From IMG/VR virus record IMGVR_UViG_2778261460_000001, positions 1 to 36,755 of that record: 36,755 bases of DNA; one strand, 5' to 3'. This stretch comes from a virus. Its lineage: Duplodnaviria > Heunggongvirae > Uroviricota > Caudoviricetes. Of this stretch, positions 36,679-36,755 are shown one piece after another. A program made the translations under genes and the position numbers. Each line of letters opens with the position of its first letter. Within the stretch, counting starts at the first letter, position 1. The notes under the pieces were generated by a model. The model did no database searches. It was given only the letters and a program-made list of their open reading frames with translations, and was not told where the DNA came from.

Positions 36679-36755
36679 TGATCCTACCCACGTAATATGG
36701 ACACAGGCCTAAGCGAGGTTCTTGTTTTCAAATTGTTCCGGACTGAGGCCGCCAC
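36679..36755 (-). mobile_element. IS3-family insertion sequence, terminal inverted repeat and transposase (orfB) 3' end (partial)
   Basis: The terminus TGATCCTACCCACGTAATATGGACACAGGCC at 36679 matches the IS3 inverted repeat as I recall it. The minus strand encodes the transposase C-terminus …GGLSPEQFENKNLA-stop (stop at 36709-36711). The element continues past the window end. Confidence 0.65.

Noticed and set aside
1-36755. CRISPR array
   Set aside because: No regularly spaced direct repeats of 25-40 bp with unique spacers were seen. The only periodic repeats are the 23-bp iterons inside the initiator gene.

Overview
Most of this window (1 to about 29.1 kb) is a mosaic temperate prophage, with its late genes on the minus strand. 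It has a Mu-like contractile tail and baseplate, an HK97-type head module, a lysis cassette, a QuuQ-like Q antiterminator, a Dam-type methyltransferase and an O-like initiator with in-gene iterons. The immunity region (Cro and CII-like on minus, LexA-like CI repressor on plus) leads into a plus-strand early-left operon ending in excisionase and a lambda-type integrase. To the right lie two AT-rich accessory modules that I regard as the most interesting content. The first is a three-gene minus-strand operon (GHKL-type ATPase, STAS-like protein, membrane protein) between the phage integrase and a 30-nt copy of the tmRNA (ssrA) 3' end. The second is a P4-type integrase island carrying a histidine-kinase-like gene coupled to a receiver-domain protein with a large unassigned C-terminal domain, abutted by an IS3-family element that probably truncated the kinase gene. 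All functional calls are from motif and architecture recognition by eye; no database search was run.
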